A stretch of DNA of 64,000 nt from Candidatus Sericytochromatia bacterium (GTDB taxonomy: Bacteria; Cyanobacteriota; Sericytochromatia; S15B-MN24; UBA4093), in assembly GCA_036676985.1 (NCBI GenBank), contig JAKFBU010000027.1:64001-128000 (forward strand). Reading direction: 5' to 3'. Position numbers and translations under genes: made by a program. Positions 1-10,428 of this stretch are shown piece after piece. The stretch's first letter is position 1, and each line of letters opens with the position of its first letter. The notes under the pieces are model-generated. The model was not told the origin of the DNA and did no database searches. It saw nothing but the letters and a program-made list of their open reading frames with translations.

Positions 1-51
1 GTCTACGTGGCTCCCGGCTTCGGCCTCCTGCTGCGCTGGGTGTGCCCATGA
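1..51 (+). CDS. C-terminal fragment of an upstream membrane protein (partial, runs off window)
   Basis: Open frame VYVAPGFGLLLRWVCP* whose TGA overlaps the ATG at 48 (ATGA coupling). Confidence 0.5.
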   Translation, partial: VYVAPGFGLLLRWVCP

Positions 52-698
52 GCCAGCCGATCGAGCACGGCCGCGCGGTCCCTCCCGCACCCGCCGGGGG
101 ATGGTTTCCGGCCTTCGCGCACCTGACTCCGCCCAACCTCGTGACGTCCGCCTCGGTCGCCCTGGCCTTCGCGGGGATCCTGCTGGTCGCCTCCGGCCGC
201 CCGGACCTCGCCCTCCTCTGCGGCATGGCCGCGGTGCCCTGCGACCTCCTGGACGGCTTCCTGGCGCGCCGGATGGGACTGCAGTCGCGCTTCGGGGCAG
301 CTCTCGACTCGCTGGCCGATGCCCTCTCCTTCTGCCTCCTGCCCGCGGTCGCGGCGTTCGGGGTGGGCCTGACGGCCTGGTACCAGCTGCTGCCGCTCTT
401 CGCCTACGTCCTCGCCGGGGTCTGGCGCCTCGCGCAGTTCGACGAGGCGGGCATGACCCAATGGCGCGGCCGCCCGGCTTTCCAGGGCATGCCCACCCCG
501 TACGCGGCGAGCCTCGTGTACCTGCTCGCTGTTGTCGGGTTGCGGTTCCCCACCGAGCCCATGCGCCTCGGCCTCACGGCGGCCGTCCTCGTGCTGGCGA
601 TCGCCATGGTCGCGCGCCTCCCCTTCCCGAAGGGGGGATGGCACTACCGGGTCATGTGGATCCTCTTGCCCCTGGGAGCCGTGTTCGCGTGTCGCTAG
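48..698 (+). CDS. CDP-alcohol phosphatidyltransferase (PssA-like)
   Basis: Signature DxxDGxxAR...GxxxDxxxD (DLLDGFLARRMGLQSRFGAALDSLAD), N-terminal PNLVT, FQGMPTP motif, multiple TM segments. Confidence 0.9.
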   Translation: MSQPIEHGRAVPPAPAGGWFPAFAHLTPPNLVTSASVALAFAGILLVASGRPDLALLCGMAAVPCDLLDGFLARRMGLQSRFGAALDSLADALSFCLLPAVAAFGVGLTAWYQLLPLFAYVLAGVWRLAQFDEAGMTQWRGRPAFQGMPTPYAASLVYLLAVVGLRFPTEPMRLGLTAAVLVLAIAMVARLPFPKGGWHYRVMWILLPLGAVFACR

Positions 699-1918
699 CT
701 GCCGCCTCCCGCCTCTGGGGCCTGAACGGGGGCGTCTTCGTCTTCTCGTTCCTGCTCTCGGGCCTGACCAACGTCATTCCGCAGTTCATCCTGCTCGCGC
801 TCGTGCCCGACCAAAAGGCCTTCTGGCTACCTGTCAGTCTGCTCGCGGCCACGGCCTGCGCCGTCCTCGGGACGCTGCTCGGGGGGAGCTGGTGGGAACG
901 CCGGCTCTCCGGTCGCTGGATCCTGGTTCCCCTGCTCGGGGCGGTCGCGAGCTTCCTGGGGCTGTTCACGGCTCGTGAGCCTTGGCACTTCGTCCTGCTC
1001 GCCGCGTTGGCGACCGGTCTCGGCAACTTGCTCGTCACCCGCCTCGACCACCTGGCTACCCGGACGGCGACCGATTCCCAGCGGAGCTTCAACGATCGTC
1101 TCGGCACCGCCTGTCGGTTGCTGGGGATGCTGCTCGCACCCTGGTTCTTCACCCACCAGCTCCAGCACGGGATGGCCGTGACGCTGGCGCTCGGGCTGGG
1201 TGCGGCCGGCGTCCTGGGCGCATGGCTGGCGTCATGGCGGTCGGCCGCTGGGGCGGCGACGGTCGCGCCCCTCGCGGAAGCGTCGCTGCCCCTGGACCGG
1301 CGGGACTACCTGCTCCTGGGCCATGCCGTCAGCGTGTTCGCCGCGCTCTATCTCTTCGCGGCCAACCTCTCCTACTTCCTGCAGGACGCGCTCGCGTTCG
1401 ACCGCGCGACCCCACGTGCGGGCGTGCTCATCGTGGCGGTCTTCATGTCGGCCCTCGGCTCGGTGGCCGTCGCGTCCCTCGCCGCCCGGCGCCGGACGGG
1501 CGCCGCGACCGATCCGGGCGCCCTCGCCTTTCTGCCCGCGCTGCCCCTCGCCGTGGCCTGGGTCGCGTACGAGGGCCGCCTCGCGGTGACCTACACGGGC
1601 ATGCTCGCCATCGCGAGCGCCCTCGGGTTCGGCTACGGGGCCTTCCTCTTGGGTCTCAGGGACTTCGTCTCGCGCTCGGCCGCCCGAGGGAAGACGGTGC
1701 TGCTCACGATCTACAACAACCTGGCCAACGCGAGCGCCCTCCTGGCCTTTGCCTGCCTGTTCCTGCTCGACGGGCTCGCTCCCGGCTCGGGCGAGGGCTA
1801 CTACCTCGCATGGATGCGGCTGCTGGCGGCGGTGGCCACCGCCGGGATTCCCGCTTTCCTCATCGCCCGGAAGCGACATGGTTCCGATCGCCTCGTTCCA
1901 GGAGAATCACGCGCATGA
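689..1918 (+). CDS. Divergent MFS-like multi-pass membrane protein
   Basis: About 12 hydrophobic segments; likely GTG start at 689 overlapping the previous gene's end; stop overlaps next ATG. Confidence 0.7.
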   Translation: MSLAAASRLWGLNGGVFVFSFLLSGLTNVIPQFILLALVPDQKAFWLPVSLLAATACAVLGTLLGGSWWERRLSGRWILVPLLGAVASFLGLFTAREPWHFVLLAALATGLGNLLVTRLDHLATRTATDSQRSFNDRLGTACRLLGMLLAPWFFTHQLQHGMAVTLALGLGAAGVLGAWLASWRSAAGAATVAPLAEASLPLDRRDYLLLGHAVSVFAALYLFAANLSYFLQDALAFDRATPRAGVLIVAVFMSALGSVAVASLAARRRTGAATDPGALAFLPALPLAVAWVAYEGRLAVTYTGMLAIASALGFGYGAFLLGLRDFVSRSAARGKTVLLTIYNNLANASALLAFACLFLLDGLAPGSGEGYYLAWMRLLAAVATAGIPAFLIARKRHGSDRLVPGESRA

Positions 1919-3015
1919 CCACGATGCCCCCCGCCGGCGGGCAGCTAGACGATCCGACGGCAATCGACACCCTCGACGCCAAGACGCCCGGGGCCTACCG
2001 GGTCCTCATGGTCTCCCTGCGGACGTTCGCAAAGGCGGACGACTGCATCGGGGCATGGCAGGTGGTCACGACCCTGATCCTCACTGGCGGGGTGTTCGCG
2101 GCGATCGCCCTCGTCCAACCCCTAGCTGCCAAGTGGCTGTTGTTCCTGCCCCTGTGCTTCCTGCTGGTGCGCCTCTTCGTGCTGCAGCACGATTGCGGGC
2201 ACCTGAGCCTGTTCTCGAACCGGCGGGTCAACGACGTCGTCGGCATGGTCCTGTCCTTCGTCACGGGCGTCGCCTACGAGGCGTGGCGCACGGAGCACAA
2301 CTGGCACCACAGCCATCAGGCCAAGCTCAGCCATCGGGGCGTCGACCGCATGAACAGCCCCATGATGGCCGACGAGGCGGTACAGAGCCCGGACCTCGCG
2401 CAACTGAGAGTGCGCAAGATCAGCGTCCTCAACGTCTTCGTGCTGGGGGCGCTCAGCCTGGCCGTCCAACGCAAGCACCACGGCGCCTTCTTTCCGTTCC
2501 GTCCGAAGTTCCGCTGGCCGGTCCCCAACCGGGCGGCCCTCATCGCCAGCGTCCGCGTGACGAACCTCGTGCACGGGGCCTTCCACCTCGGGCTCCTGGC
2601 GCTCGTGGGCCCCTGGCTCTGGCTCGGCTTGATCCTGCCCGCCTACTTCTGCGGCGCGGGGCTGGGCGCCCTGCTCTTCTGGGTGCAGCACAACTTCGAG
2701 CGGACCTACCACGCCGAGGAGGCGAGCTGGAGCTTCGTCGAGGCCGGGCTGCGCGGCGCGAGCTACCTCAGGCTGCCGGGGATCTGGGGCTGGATCACGG
2801 CGTCCATCGGGATCCACCACGTCCATCACCTGAACGTGCTCGTCCCCAACTACCGCCTGGAGGCGGCCCGGCGCGCGGTGCCGGAGATCGCCGCCATCGC
2901 GCCCTTGAGCCGCGCGGACGTGCGCAAGTGCTTCACGCACGTCTTCTGGGACGCTTCCGAGGATCGGATGGTCGACTACGGCGCGCTCCGCTTCAACGCC
3001 TCCGGGCAGCCCTGA
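1915..3015 (+). CDS. Membrane fatty-acid desaturase (Bacillus Des-like)
   Basis: Three His boxes HDCGH, HNWHH, HHVHH plus QHNFE; ATG at 1915 coupled by ATGA. Confidence 0.92.
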   Translation: MTTMPPAGGQLDDPTAIDTLDAKTPGAYRVLMVSLRTFAKADDCIGAWQVVTTLILTGGVFAAIALVQPLAAKWLLFLPLCFLLVRLFVLQHDCGHLSLFSNRRVNDVVGMVLSFVTGVAYEAWRTEHNWHHSHQAKLSHRGVDRMNSPMMADEAVQSPDLAQLRVRKISVLNVFVLGALSLAVQRKHHGAFFPFRPKFRWPVPNRAALIASVRVTNLVHGAFHLGLLALVGPWLWLGLILPAYFCGAGLGALLFWVQHNFERTYHAEEASWSFVEAGLRGASYLRLPGIWGWITASIGIHHVHHLNVLVPNYRLEAARRAVPEIAAIAPLSRADVRKCFTHVFWDASEDRMVDYGALRFNASGQP

Positions 3016-3040
3016 GCCTCGGGCCCAGGGCAGGGAGCGC

Positions 3041-3253
3041 CTAGGACTGACCTTGCTGGCGGGCCCGCCGGACCGTGACGAGCTCGCCGCCGATGCCCCA
3101 GTTGTCCGTCGGCACCTCGCTGATGAGCACGTGCGTGGTCGCGGGGTTCTTGTCCAGGAGATCCTGCAACAGCCGCGTGACGCCCTCCACGAGCTGGGCC
3201 TTCTGGTCGGGCGTGACCCCGTCGTCGGTCAGGTAGATGTGCACCAGGGGCAT
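3041..3253 (-). CDS. 4-oxalocrotonate tautomerase family protein
   Basis: MPLVHI start gives catalytic Pro1; QKxQLVxGVT and NWGIGG motifs; AAAGGAG RBS. Confidence 0.92.
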   Translation of the reverse strand: MPLVHIYLTDDGVTPDQKAQLVEGVTRLLQDLLDKNPATTHVLISEVPTDNWGIGGELVTVRRARQQGQS

Positions 3254-3351
3254 GGGGGCTCCTTTCCTCTCAAACCGGTAAGCGTGCTTGCCTAACGGTA
3301 CCCCCAGGCCGCCCCGCGGTCGAGTCGCATGCGGGGCCCGCTCGTGATACA

Positions 3352-3366
3352 CTTACGAATCGTAAG
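3352..3366. promoter_or_regulatory. Palindromic operator CTTACG-AAT-CGTAAG, probable HxlR-family site
   Basis: Perfect inverted repeat in the divergent region between tautomerase and HxlR; TTAC-N5-GTAA core resembles HxlR/CatR-type boxes. Confidence 0.65.
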
Positions 3367-3408
3367 CTAATTACCAGATACGAGCGACCGGGTGTCGAGG
3401 AGCGAGCA

Positions 3409-3744
3409 ATGTCGCCAGAGGGCCATGACGAGAAGGTCTGCGAGGTCTTTCACCGCTCCGTCGAGGTCATCGGCCGGCGGTGGACCGGCGCGATCCTCTA
3501 CGCACTGTGCCAGCGGCCGTCGCGATTCTGCGAGATTCGGGACGCCATCCCCGAGATCAGCGATCGCCTCCTGACCGAGCGCCTCAAGGAGCTCGAGGAG
3601 CTCGACATCATCCGCCGTGAGGTCGGATCCGGCCGTCCGGTGCAGGTCCATTACCGCCTGACCCCCAAGGGGGAGGCCGTCCAACCCATCCTCAACGCCA
3701 TCCGGGACTGGGGGCTCGCCTGGAACGCCGAGCCCCGGTCCTGA
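3409..3744 (+). CDS. HxlR-family winged-helix regulator
   Basis: N-terminal Cys, IGRRW, ISDRLLTERLKELE, V.YRLTPKG. Confidence 0.93.
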   Translation: MSPEGHDEKVCEVFHRSVEVIGRRWTGAILYALCQRPSRFCEIRDAIPEISDRLLTERLKELEELDIIRREVGSGRPVQVHYRLTPKGEAVQPILNAIRDWGLAWNAEPRS

Positions 3745-3770
3745 CGCCTCTTGCCTCGAAAGGAGCCACC

Positions 3771-4337
3771 ATGTACGACGTCGCCATCATCGGAGCCGGG
3801 CCCGCGGGCGCCAGCGCCGCCATCTTCACGGCCAAGGCCGGCAAGCGCACGCTGGTCCTCGACGACGGCAAGTCCGTCACCAAGCGCGCCCTCATGAAGA
3901 ACTACTACGCCATCCCCGAGATCACGGGCCCGGACATGGTGGCCATCGGCAAGGAGCAGGTGACGACCCTCGGCGGCGAGATCGTCGAGGCCCCGGTCAC
4001 GGCCCTCACGCCCATCGAGGGCGGCATCCGCCTGACGGCGGGCGATCGCCAGGTGGAGGCCAAGCACGTCATCCTCGCCACGGGCATGGTGACGGGCCTC
4101 GCCGAGAGCGTCGGCATCCGGACCAAGCCCGGCACCGAGCCCCGCATCAAGACCATCGTCGACGTGGACGCCCAGGGCCGCACCAGCATGCCCGGCGTCT
4201 GGGCGGCCGGGACGGTCGCGGGCGTCAGCATGCACGTCGTGGTGACGGCGGGCGACGGCGCCAAGGTCGCCATCAACGTCATCAGCGAGCTGAACGGCGA
4301 GCGCTGGGTCGACCACGACCTCATGCCCGCCCAGTAA
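3771..4337 (+). CDS. Short FAD-dependent oxidoreductase (thioredoxin-reductase-like, no NADPH/CxxC domain)
   Basis: GAGPAG, ILATG and TSMPGVWAAG motifs; only 188 aa. Confidence 0.85.
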   Translation: MYDVAIIGAGPAGASAAIFTAKAGKRTLVLDDGKSVTKRALMKNYYAIPEITGPDMVAIGKEQVTTLGGEIVEAPVTALTPIEGGIRLTAGDRQVEAKHVILATGMVTGLAESVGIRTKPGTEPRIKTIVDVDAQGRTSMPGVWAAGTVAGVSMHVVVTAGDGAKVAINVISELNGERWVDHDLMPAQ

Positions 4338-4387
4338 GCGAACTCCTCGGCGCCCAGAGGCGCCACCAGACCTACAAGGAGGCCACC

Positions 4388-5410
4388 GTGATCCAAGAGT
4401 CCGTACTCCAGTTGCTGCCCCTGGGAATGCCCTGGCAGACCGTGGACCCGTTCCTGTTCTGCGTCCATCACGACGACGCCTATCCGGCCGGCAACGAGCG
4501 GCTGGGTCCGGCGGCGTCCCTGGCCGGCCGGGACATCGGCCAGGACTTCGAGGGGATCGACGGGTGGCGCATGTACCACGGCGACGTGGTGCCGGGTTTC
4601 CCCGGGCACCCGCACCGCGGCTTCGAGACCGTGACGATCGTGCTCCATGGGCACATCGACCACTCCGACTCGCTCGGAGCCACCGCTCGGTTCGGGGCGG
4701 GCGACGTCCAGTGGCTGACGGCCGGCAAGGGCATCGTCCACTCGGAGATGTTCCCCCTGCTCGATCCCGCTGGCCCCAACCCGGCCGAGCTCTTCCAGAT
4801 CTGGCTCAACCTCCCGCGCGCGAGCAAGATGTCCGAGCCGCACTTCAAGATGCTCTGGCGCGAGACGCTGCCCACGGCGGAGTTCGTGGACGCGGCCGGC
4901 AAGCGCACGAGGGTCCTGGTCGTCGCGGGAGACCTCGCCGACCAGCAGGCGCCGAGCCCCCCGCCCGACTCCTGGGCGGCCCGGGCCGAGGCCGACGTGG
5001 CCATCTGGTCCGTCGCCATGGAGCCGGGCACGACCTGGAAGCTGCCCGCCGCCAAGCCCGGCACGAACCGGACGCTCTACTTCTTCGAGGGGAGCGGCCT
5101 GCGGGTCGCGGGCACGCCCATTCCCGATCGCACGGGGGCGCGCGTGCGCCCGGACGTGGACCTGGAGCTCGTGGCGGGCCCCGTCGCCAACCGGGTGCTG
5201 GTGTTGCAGGGGCGCCCCATCGGCGAGCCCGTCGTCCAGTACGGTCCCTTTGTCATGAACAGCCCCGCCGAGATCCAGCAGGCCTTCGCCGAGTACCGGG
5301 CGACCGAGTTCGGCGGCTGGCCCTGGCCCGCGGAGGGGCCCGTCCATGCGCGGGACGCCGGACGCTTCGCCCGCTTCCCGGACGGTCGCATCGAGCGTCC
5401 AAACCCGTAG
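4388..5410 (+). CDS. Pirin family protein
   Basis: HPHRGFETVT, AGKGIVHSE, QIWLNLP, GPFVMN. Confidence 0.95.
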   Translation: MIQESVLQLLPLGMPWQTVDPFLFCVHHDDAYPAGNERLGPAASLAGRDIGQDFEGIDGWRMYHGDVVPGFPGHPHRGFETVTIVLHGHIDHSDSLGATARFGAGDVQWLTAGKGIVHSEMFPLLDPAGPNPAELFQIWLNLPRASKMSEPHFKMLWRETLPTAEFVDAAGKRTRVLVVAGDLADQQAPSPPPDSWAARAEADVAIWSVAMEPGTTWKLPAAKPGTNRTLYFFEGSGLRVAGTPIPDRTGARVRPDVDLELVAGPVANRVLVLQGRPIGEPVVQYGPFVMNSPAEIQQAFAEYRATEFGGWPWPAEGPVHARDAGRFARFPDGRIERPNP

Positions 5411-5425
5411 CATGAGGTAAAGAAT

Positions 5426-5458
5426 GGCGAGGGCCCGTCCATTGGACGGGCCCTCGCC
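5426..5458. terminator. Hairpin between convergent pirin and P450 genes
   Basis: GGCGAGGGCCCGTCC-ATT-GGACGGGCCCTCGCC, 15-bp perfect stem. Confidence 0.75.
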
Positions 5459-5500
5459 CTCTTGATGTCGAATAAGAGGGATGTGAGCCACCGGGACCGG

Positions 5501-6685
5501 CTACGAGACCATTCGGGCCGCCACCCGGACGGGTAGGCGCGAGACGCCGTGGATGAGCGAGTAGGACGCGGGATCCAGCGTCTCGCCCGGCGCCAGATCC
5601 AGGATCGCCTCCGGGAAGCGCGCCAGGAGGGCCCGCATGGCGATGACGCCCTCCAGCCGGGCCAGCGGCGCTCCGAGGCAGTAGTGGACGCCGTAGCCGA
5701 ACGAGAGGTGCGGGTTGGGGTGCCGGGTCGGATCGAAGAGGTCGGGGCATTCGAACACCTCCTCGTCCCGGTTGGCGGAGCCCACGAAGGCGATGAGCAG
5801 GGTCCCCTCCCGGATGCGCTCGCCGCCGAGCACCACATCCTGCTTGGCGGTGCGGGCGAGCCACTGGACAGGTGAGCGATAACGCAGCATCTCCTCGATG
5901 GCCTGCGGCATGGCCTCCGGGTTGTGGCGCAGCCAGTCCTGGGCATGCGGGTGCTCGAACAGGCAGAGCATGCCGTTGGTGATCAGGTTGACGGTGGTGA
6001 TGTGTCCCGCCAGGAGCAGGAGGGCGCAGAAGCTCAGCACGCCGTCCTCCGAGAGCCGCTCGCCGTCGACTTCCGCAGTCAAGAGCTGGGTGATGAGGTC
6101 GTCCTGCGGGCGGCGTCGGCGCTCGGCGATGACGGCCTGGAAGTAGTCGTCCATCTCCTGCTGGACGACCTTCAATCGCTGCATGCGGCGCTCGTCCGCA
6201 GCGAAGTTCTGTGCGTCTCCGCTCAGGAGCTCGTCGGCCCAGAGCTTGTACTGGGGCTGGTCGGAGACCGGCACGCCGAGCATCTCGGCGATGACGGTGA
6301 CGGGCAGGGGATGGGCGAACTGGCTCACCAGGTCGAAGCGGCCGCTCGCGTCAATGGCGTCCAGCAACTGGTTCGAGAGGGCCCGGATGCGCGGCTCGAG
6401 GCGCGCGATCGCCTGCGGCGTGAACGCCTTGGAAATGACGCCGCGCAGGTTCCGGTGGCGGGGCGGGTCCACGCTGATGAGCGTCTCGCGGAAGGTCTCG
6501 GCGTCCTGGAAGCGCCGGAACTCGGACGAGAAGTTGGCGAAGTCGCTGAGCACCGCCTTGACGTCCGCGTAGCGATAGACGCCCCACGCCTCCTGCTGCG
6601 GGTCGTAGACGAGGCGATCGCGGCGCCGCTCGGCGTAGAACGCATGGGGATCCAGGTGGCATTCGGGGGGAGCAAAGATGGTCAT
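5501..6685 (-). CDS. Cytochrome P450 (CYP109-like)
   Basis: DPPRH, LLLAGHITT I-helix, EEMLRY (ExxR), FGYGVHYCLG heme ligand. Confidence 0.96.
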   Translation of the reverse strand: MTIFAPPECHLDPHAFYAERRRDRLVYDPQQEAWGVYRYADVKAVLSDFANFSSEFRRFQDAETFRETLISVDPPRHRNLRGVISKAFTPQAIARLEPRIRALSNQLLDAIDASGRFDLVSQFAHPLPVTVIAEMLGVPVSDQPQYKLWADELLSGDAQNFAADERRMQRLKVVQQEMDDYFQAVIAERRRRPQDDLITQLLTAEVDGERLSEDGVLSFCALLLLAGHITTVNLITNGMLCLFEHPHAQDWLRHNPEAMPQAIEEMLRYRSPVQWLARTAKQDVVLGGERIREGTLLIAFVGSANRDEEVFECPDLFDPTRHPNPHLSFGYGVHYCLGAPLARLEGVIAMRALLARFPEAILDLAPGETLDPASYSLIHGVSRLPVRVAARMVS

Positions 6686-6867
6686 GGCATCGTTCCTCTT
6701 CGGACGCGTGAAAACGGTCCCATCCTAGAGGGAGATGACTTACGGATGCTTCCTCGTCTTGATAGAAAAGGGTCGTCACCGGCCAAGCGGTGGTGTGGGA
6801 GTCCATGACCGAGCCGCCGAGCGCTACGCGCGCGACCAATGCCGGGAGGAGGCCCTCTCGGAAGGGC

Positions 6868-9105
6868 CTATCGCAAAAACCGCCCGGTGATCGAGCCGGG
6901 ATCGTCCGCGAGCTGCTTAGGCGTTCCCTCGAAGACCACCTGGCCGCCCCGGGTGCCGCCGTCCGGTCCCATGTCGATCACCCAGTCGGCATGCCGCACC
7001 ACGTCCATGTTGTGCTCGATCACGACCACCGTGTTCCCGGCGTCGACCAGCCGGTCCATGATGGCGAGCAGGTGGCCGACGTCCGCCATGTGGAGGCCCG
7101 TCGTGGGCTCGTCCAAGACGTAGAGGCTGCCCTTCTTGTGGAGCTCGCTCGCGAGCTTGATCCGCTGGCACTCGCCACCCGAGAGGGTGCTCAGGGGCTG
7201 GCCGAGCGTCAGGTAGTCGAGGCCCACGTCACGCATGGCCGTGAGCTTCTTGACGATCTCCTTCTGCTTGAAGTGCTCCAGGGCCTGGTGGACCGTCATG
7301 GCGAGCACCTCGCTGACGTTCTTGCCGTCGAGCTGGTAGGCGAGCACCTCGTCCTTGAAGCGGCGACCCTGACAGCCCTCGCAGATCGACTTCACGCCGT
7401 CCAGGAAGGCGAGATCCGTGTAGAGGACGCCCGCGCCCTTGCAGACGTCGCAGGCGCCCTTGGAGTTGAAGCTGAAGAGGCTCGCGTCCACCTTGTTCGC
7501 CGTGGCATACGCCTTGCGCAGGTCGTCCATGAGGCCCGTGTAGGTCGCGGGCGTCGAACGGCTGTTGGCGCCCACCGGGGACTGGTCGATGACGATCGCC
7601 TGGGGATGGGCCTGGAGGAACTCCGCGTGGATGAGCGAGCTCTTGCCGGAGCCCGCCACGCCCGTCACGGCCGTGAGGACGCCCTTGGGGACGTCCACGT
7701 TCACGTCGCGCAGGTTGTTGGCCCGCGCGTTGCGGATGGGGAGCTGGCCGGTCGGCTTGCGCACCTCGGCCTTCATGGGAAGCCGTCGTTCGATGTGGCG
7801 GCCCGTGAGGGTGTCGGCCCTTACCAGGCCGTCGTAGGGCCCCTCGTAGACGATCCGGCCGCCCTCGGTGCCGGCGTGGGGCCCGACGTCGACGATGTGG
7901 TCCGCCATGCGGATGACGTCCGGGTCGTGTTCGACCACGATGACGGTGTTCCCCTTGTCCCGCAGCTTCGCGAGCAGCTCGTTGAGGCGGTGCACGTCGC
8001 GCGGGTGCAGGCCCACGCTCGGCTCGTCGAAGACGTACATGACGTCGATCAGGCTGCTCGTCAGGTGCTTGACCATCTTGACGCGCTGGGACTCCCCGCC
8101 CGAGAGGGTGTCCGTCTCGCGCGCGAGGCTCAGGTAGTCGAGCCCGATGTCCACCAGGCTCTGCAGCCGCTCCTTCAGGGTCGCGAGGATGGGAGCGGCC
8201 ACCGGGCTCTCGATGGTCTCGATGACGCTCAGCAGCTCTCCCACGCCCATGGAGGCCAGGTCGGCGATGTTGCGCCCGTCGATGCGGCAGTTGAGGACGG
8301 CCTGGTTGAGGCGAGCCCCCTTGCACAACGTGCAGGGGCGGTCCTTGAGATAGGGGGCCACGGCCTTCTGAGTGCGCTCGGAGAGGGTCTTGAGGTCACG
8401 ACGGATGTAGGAACGCGTGATCTTCTCGATGATGCCCTCGTAGGTCGCGTTCATGGCGCCGCTGCCGACGCTGAGTTTGTACTTTCGGGCCTTGGAGTGC
8501 AGGAGGAGGTCCATCTCCTCGGGCGTGAAGTCGCGCAGCTTCTTGTCGTTGTCGAAGAAGCCCGACTCCATGTAGGCCCCGAGCTCCCAGCTGACGAAGA
8601 ACGGCACCTGGATGGCCCCCTCCCGCAGGGACTTGTCCATGTCCAGGAAGTCGTCGGCGATGATGCCCTGGATCACCCCCCGCCCCCCGCAATCCGGGCA
8701 CATGCCCGATGGGTCGTTGAAGGAGAAGGCGTTCGCTCCGCCGACGTACGGCTCGCCGATCCGCGAGAAGAGGACGCGAAGGACCGAGTAGATGTCCGTG
8801 ATGGTCCCGACTGTGGAGTGGGAGCCGCCGCCGAGCCGCTTCTGGTCTACGATGACGGCCATGCTCAGGTTCTGGATGGCGTCCACGTCCGGCTGGGGAT
8901 ACTTCGGCAGGAAGCTCCGGATGAACATGCTGAAGTTCTCGTAGAGCTGCCGCTGGGCCTCGGTCGCGAGCGTGTCGAAGACGATCGACGACTTGCCCGA
9001 GCCGGAAACCCCCGTGAAGATGGTCAGCCGGCGCTTGGGGATCTCGAGGGCGACGTTCTTGAGGTTGTTCTCGCGGGCGCCCCGGATGACGATGTTTTCG
9101 AGCAA
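6868..9105 (-). CDS. UvrA-like ABC ATPase, short class II / DrrC-like
   Basis: Two ABC cassettes ([17 protein letters not shown]; [17 protein letters not shown]), zinc-finger CxxC pairs, about 745 aa; TTG at 9105 follows AAGGA (alternative GTG at 9144). Confidence 0.92.
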   Translation of the reverse strand: MLENIVIRGARENNLKNVALEIPKRRLTIFTGVSGSGKSSIVFDTLATEAQRQLYENFSMFIRSFLPKYPQPDVDAIQNLSMAVIVDQKRLGGGSHSTVGTITDIYSVLRVLFSRIGEPYVGGANAFSFNDPSGMCPDCGGRGVIQGIIADDFLDMDKSLREGAIQVPFFVSWELGAYMESGFFDNDKKLRDFTPEEMDLLLHSKARKYKLSVGSGAMNATYEGIIEKITRSYIRRDLKTLSERTQKAVAPYLKDRPCTLCKGARLNQAVLNCRIDGRNIADLASMGVGELLSVIETIESPVAAPILATLKERLQSLVDIGLDYLSLARETDTLSGGESQRVKMVKHLTSSLIDVMYVFDEPSVGLHPRDVHRLNELLAKLRDKGNTVIVVEHDPDVIRMADHIVDVGPHAGTEGGRIVYEGPYDGLVRADTLTGRHIERRLPMKAEVRKPTGQLPIRNARANNLRDVNVDVPKGVLTAVTGVAGSGKSSLIHAEFLQAHPQAIVIDQSPVGANSRSTPATYTGLMDDLRKAYATANKVDASLFSFNSKGACDVCKGAGVLYTDLAFLDGVKSICEGCQGRRFKDEVLAYQLDGKNVSEVLAMTVHQALEHFKQKEIVKKLTAMRDVGLDYLTLGQPLSTLSGGECQRIKLASELHKKGSLYVLDEPTTGLHMADVGHLLAIMDRLVDAGNTVVVIEHNMDVVRHADWVIDMGPDGGTRGGQVVFEGTPKQLADDPGSITGRFLR

Positions 9106-9140
9106 GCTGTCAGATCCTTGATGACACGGAGGGATCCGTA

Positions 9141-10349
9141 TCACCGGACCTCCAGGACGGCTCGGGCTGCATCCACTCGTCCGTAGCCCACGTACTTGTC
9201 CTTACCCGCCATGACGGTGTCTTTAGCCGTGTTGTAGAGGCGCTCGACCACCTGGGCCTGCGTGAGCTCCGGATGCTGGCTGCGGATCAGGGCCGCGACG
9301 CCCGTGACCTGGGGGGCGGCCATGGACGTGCCGTCCATGATGCGGTAGCCGTTGCTCTTGGCCGTCGGGAAGGTGGAGAGGATGCTCGCCCCGGGGGCGC
9401 CGAGCGTGATCCAGTCCCCGTAGGTCGAGAAGGAGGCCCAGCCGTCCCGGTCATTGGTCGCGGCTACCGCCACCACGCCCGGGTAGGCCGCGGGGTAGCT
9501 CGGGTCCCATTCCTTGCCGGTGTTGCCCACCGCCGCGACGAGCACCACGTCGTGATCCAGGGCATACTTCACGGCCGTCCGGCCGGCCTCGGAGTCCGAG
9601 GGCGAGCCCCAGCTCGCGTTGATGACCTTGGCTCCGTGGTCGACGGCCCAGATGAGGGCCGCGTTCGCGGCTCCATCGTTGGTGTGCCCCGAGTCGTTGA
9701 AGATGCGGACGGGCAGGAGCTTGCAGCCGGGGGCGATGCCCGCGATCCCCGTGCCGTTGTGGCGCGCGCCGACCACGCCGGCCACGTGCGTGCCGTGCCC
9801 ATAGCCGTCCTGGTTGCCGCCGGTGACGGCGGGCTTGACCGTGAAGTCCTGGCCGGGCAAGAGCTGCCCCTGGAACTCGGGGTGCGTCCCGTCGATGCCC
9901 GAGTCCACGATGGCCACCACCACCTCGGGGCGTCCCTGCTGGGTGGGCCAGACGGCCTCTGCCCCCATGACGCGGGGCGCGTACTGGGCCGGGTAGAGCG
10001 GGTCGTCGGGTTCGGCGCCCTCTACCTGCGGGGCGGGCCGCGAGGCCATGGGCGGCAGGGAGATCCGGCGATGCGGCTCGGCCCAGAGGGCCTCTGCGCT
10101 CTCCGACAGCTCGGCCACGGGGGTGGCGCCGCGGAAGACGTACATGTCGAGGCCGATGACCTGCACCAGCGTCAGGCCGTGCCGACGGGCGTAGGTGATC
10201 GGCGAGGTGCCGGGGCGCAGGCGGACGATGTGTTCGCCCGCGATCGCCTGACCCGATACCACTTGCTGGCCCGTTGCCAGGGGGGTGACGGTCGGTGCGC
10301 CGCAGCCGGCGAGCACCAGGGAGAGACCGAGCAGAAGGTGGCGACGCAT
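9141..10349 (-). CDS. S8 subtilisin-like serine protease, lipoprotein
   Basis: Lipobox LAGC; catalytic triad VDSG, HGTHVAG, GTSMAAP. Confidence 0.95.
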   Translation of the reverse strand: MRRHLLLGLSLVLAGCGAPTVTPLATGQQVVSGQAIAGEHIVRLRPGTSPITYARRHGLTLVQVIGLDMYVFRGATPVAELSESAEALWAEPHRRISLPPMASRPAPQVEGAEPDDPLYPAQYAPRVMGAEAVWPTQQGRPEVVVAIVDSGIDGTHPEFQGQLLPGQDFTVKPAVTGGNQDGYGHGTHVAGVVGARHNGTGIAGIAPGCKLLPVRIFNDSGHTNDGAANAALIWAVDHGAKVINASWGSPSDSEAGRTAVKYALDHDVVLVAAVGNTGKEWDPSYPAAYPGVVAVAATNDRDGWASFSTYGDWITLGAPGASILSTFPTAKSNGYRIMDGTSMAAPQVTGVAALIRSQHPELTQAQVVERLYNTAKDTVMAGKDKYVGYGRVDAARAVLEVR

Positions 10350-10428
10350 GACGTACCTCATTGAAGGGGAGATTAAGAGTAGTTTAAGTCATGCGTCGCT
10401 TGATGGGAAGGGCGATCGCGCCCTCCGG

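Noticed and set aside
101-1914. Long N-terminal extensions of track ORFs 101-1918 and 982-3015
   Set aside because: They overlap real upstream genes in other frames; coupled starts at 689 and 1915 fit better
5501-10349. P450, DrrC-like protein and S8 protease as a biosynthetic gene cluster
   Set aside because: No core synthase, precursor peptide or ferredoxin nearby
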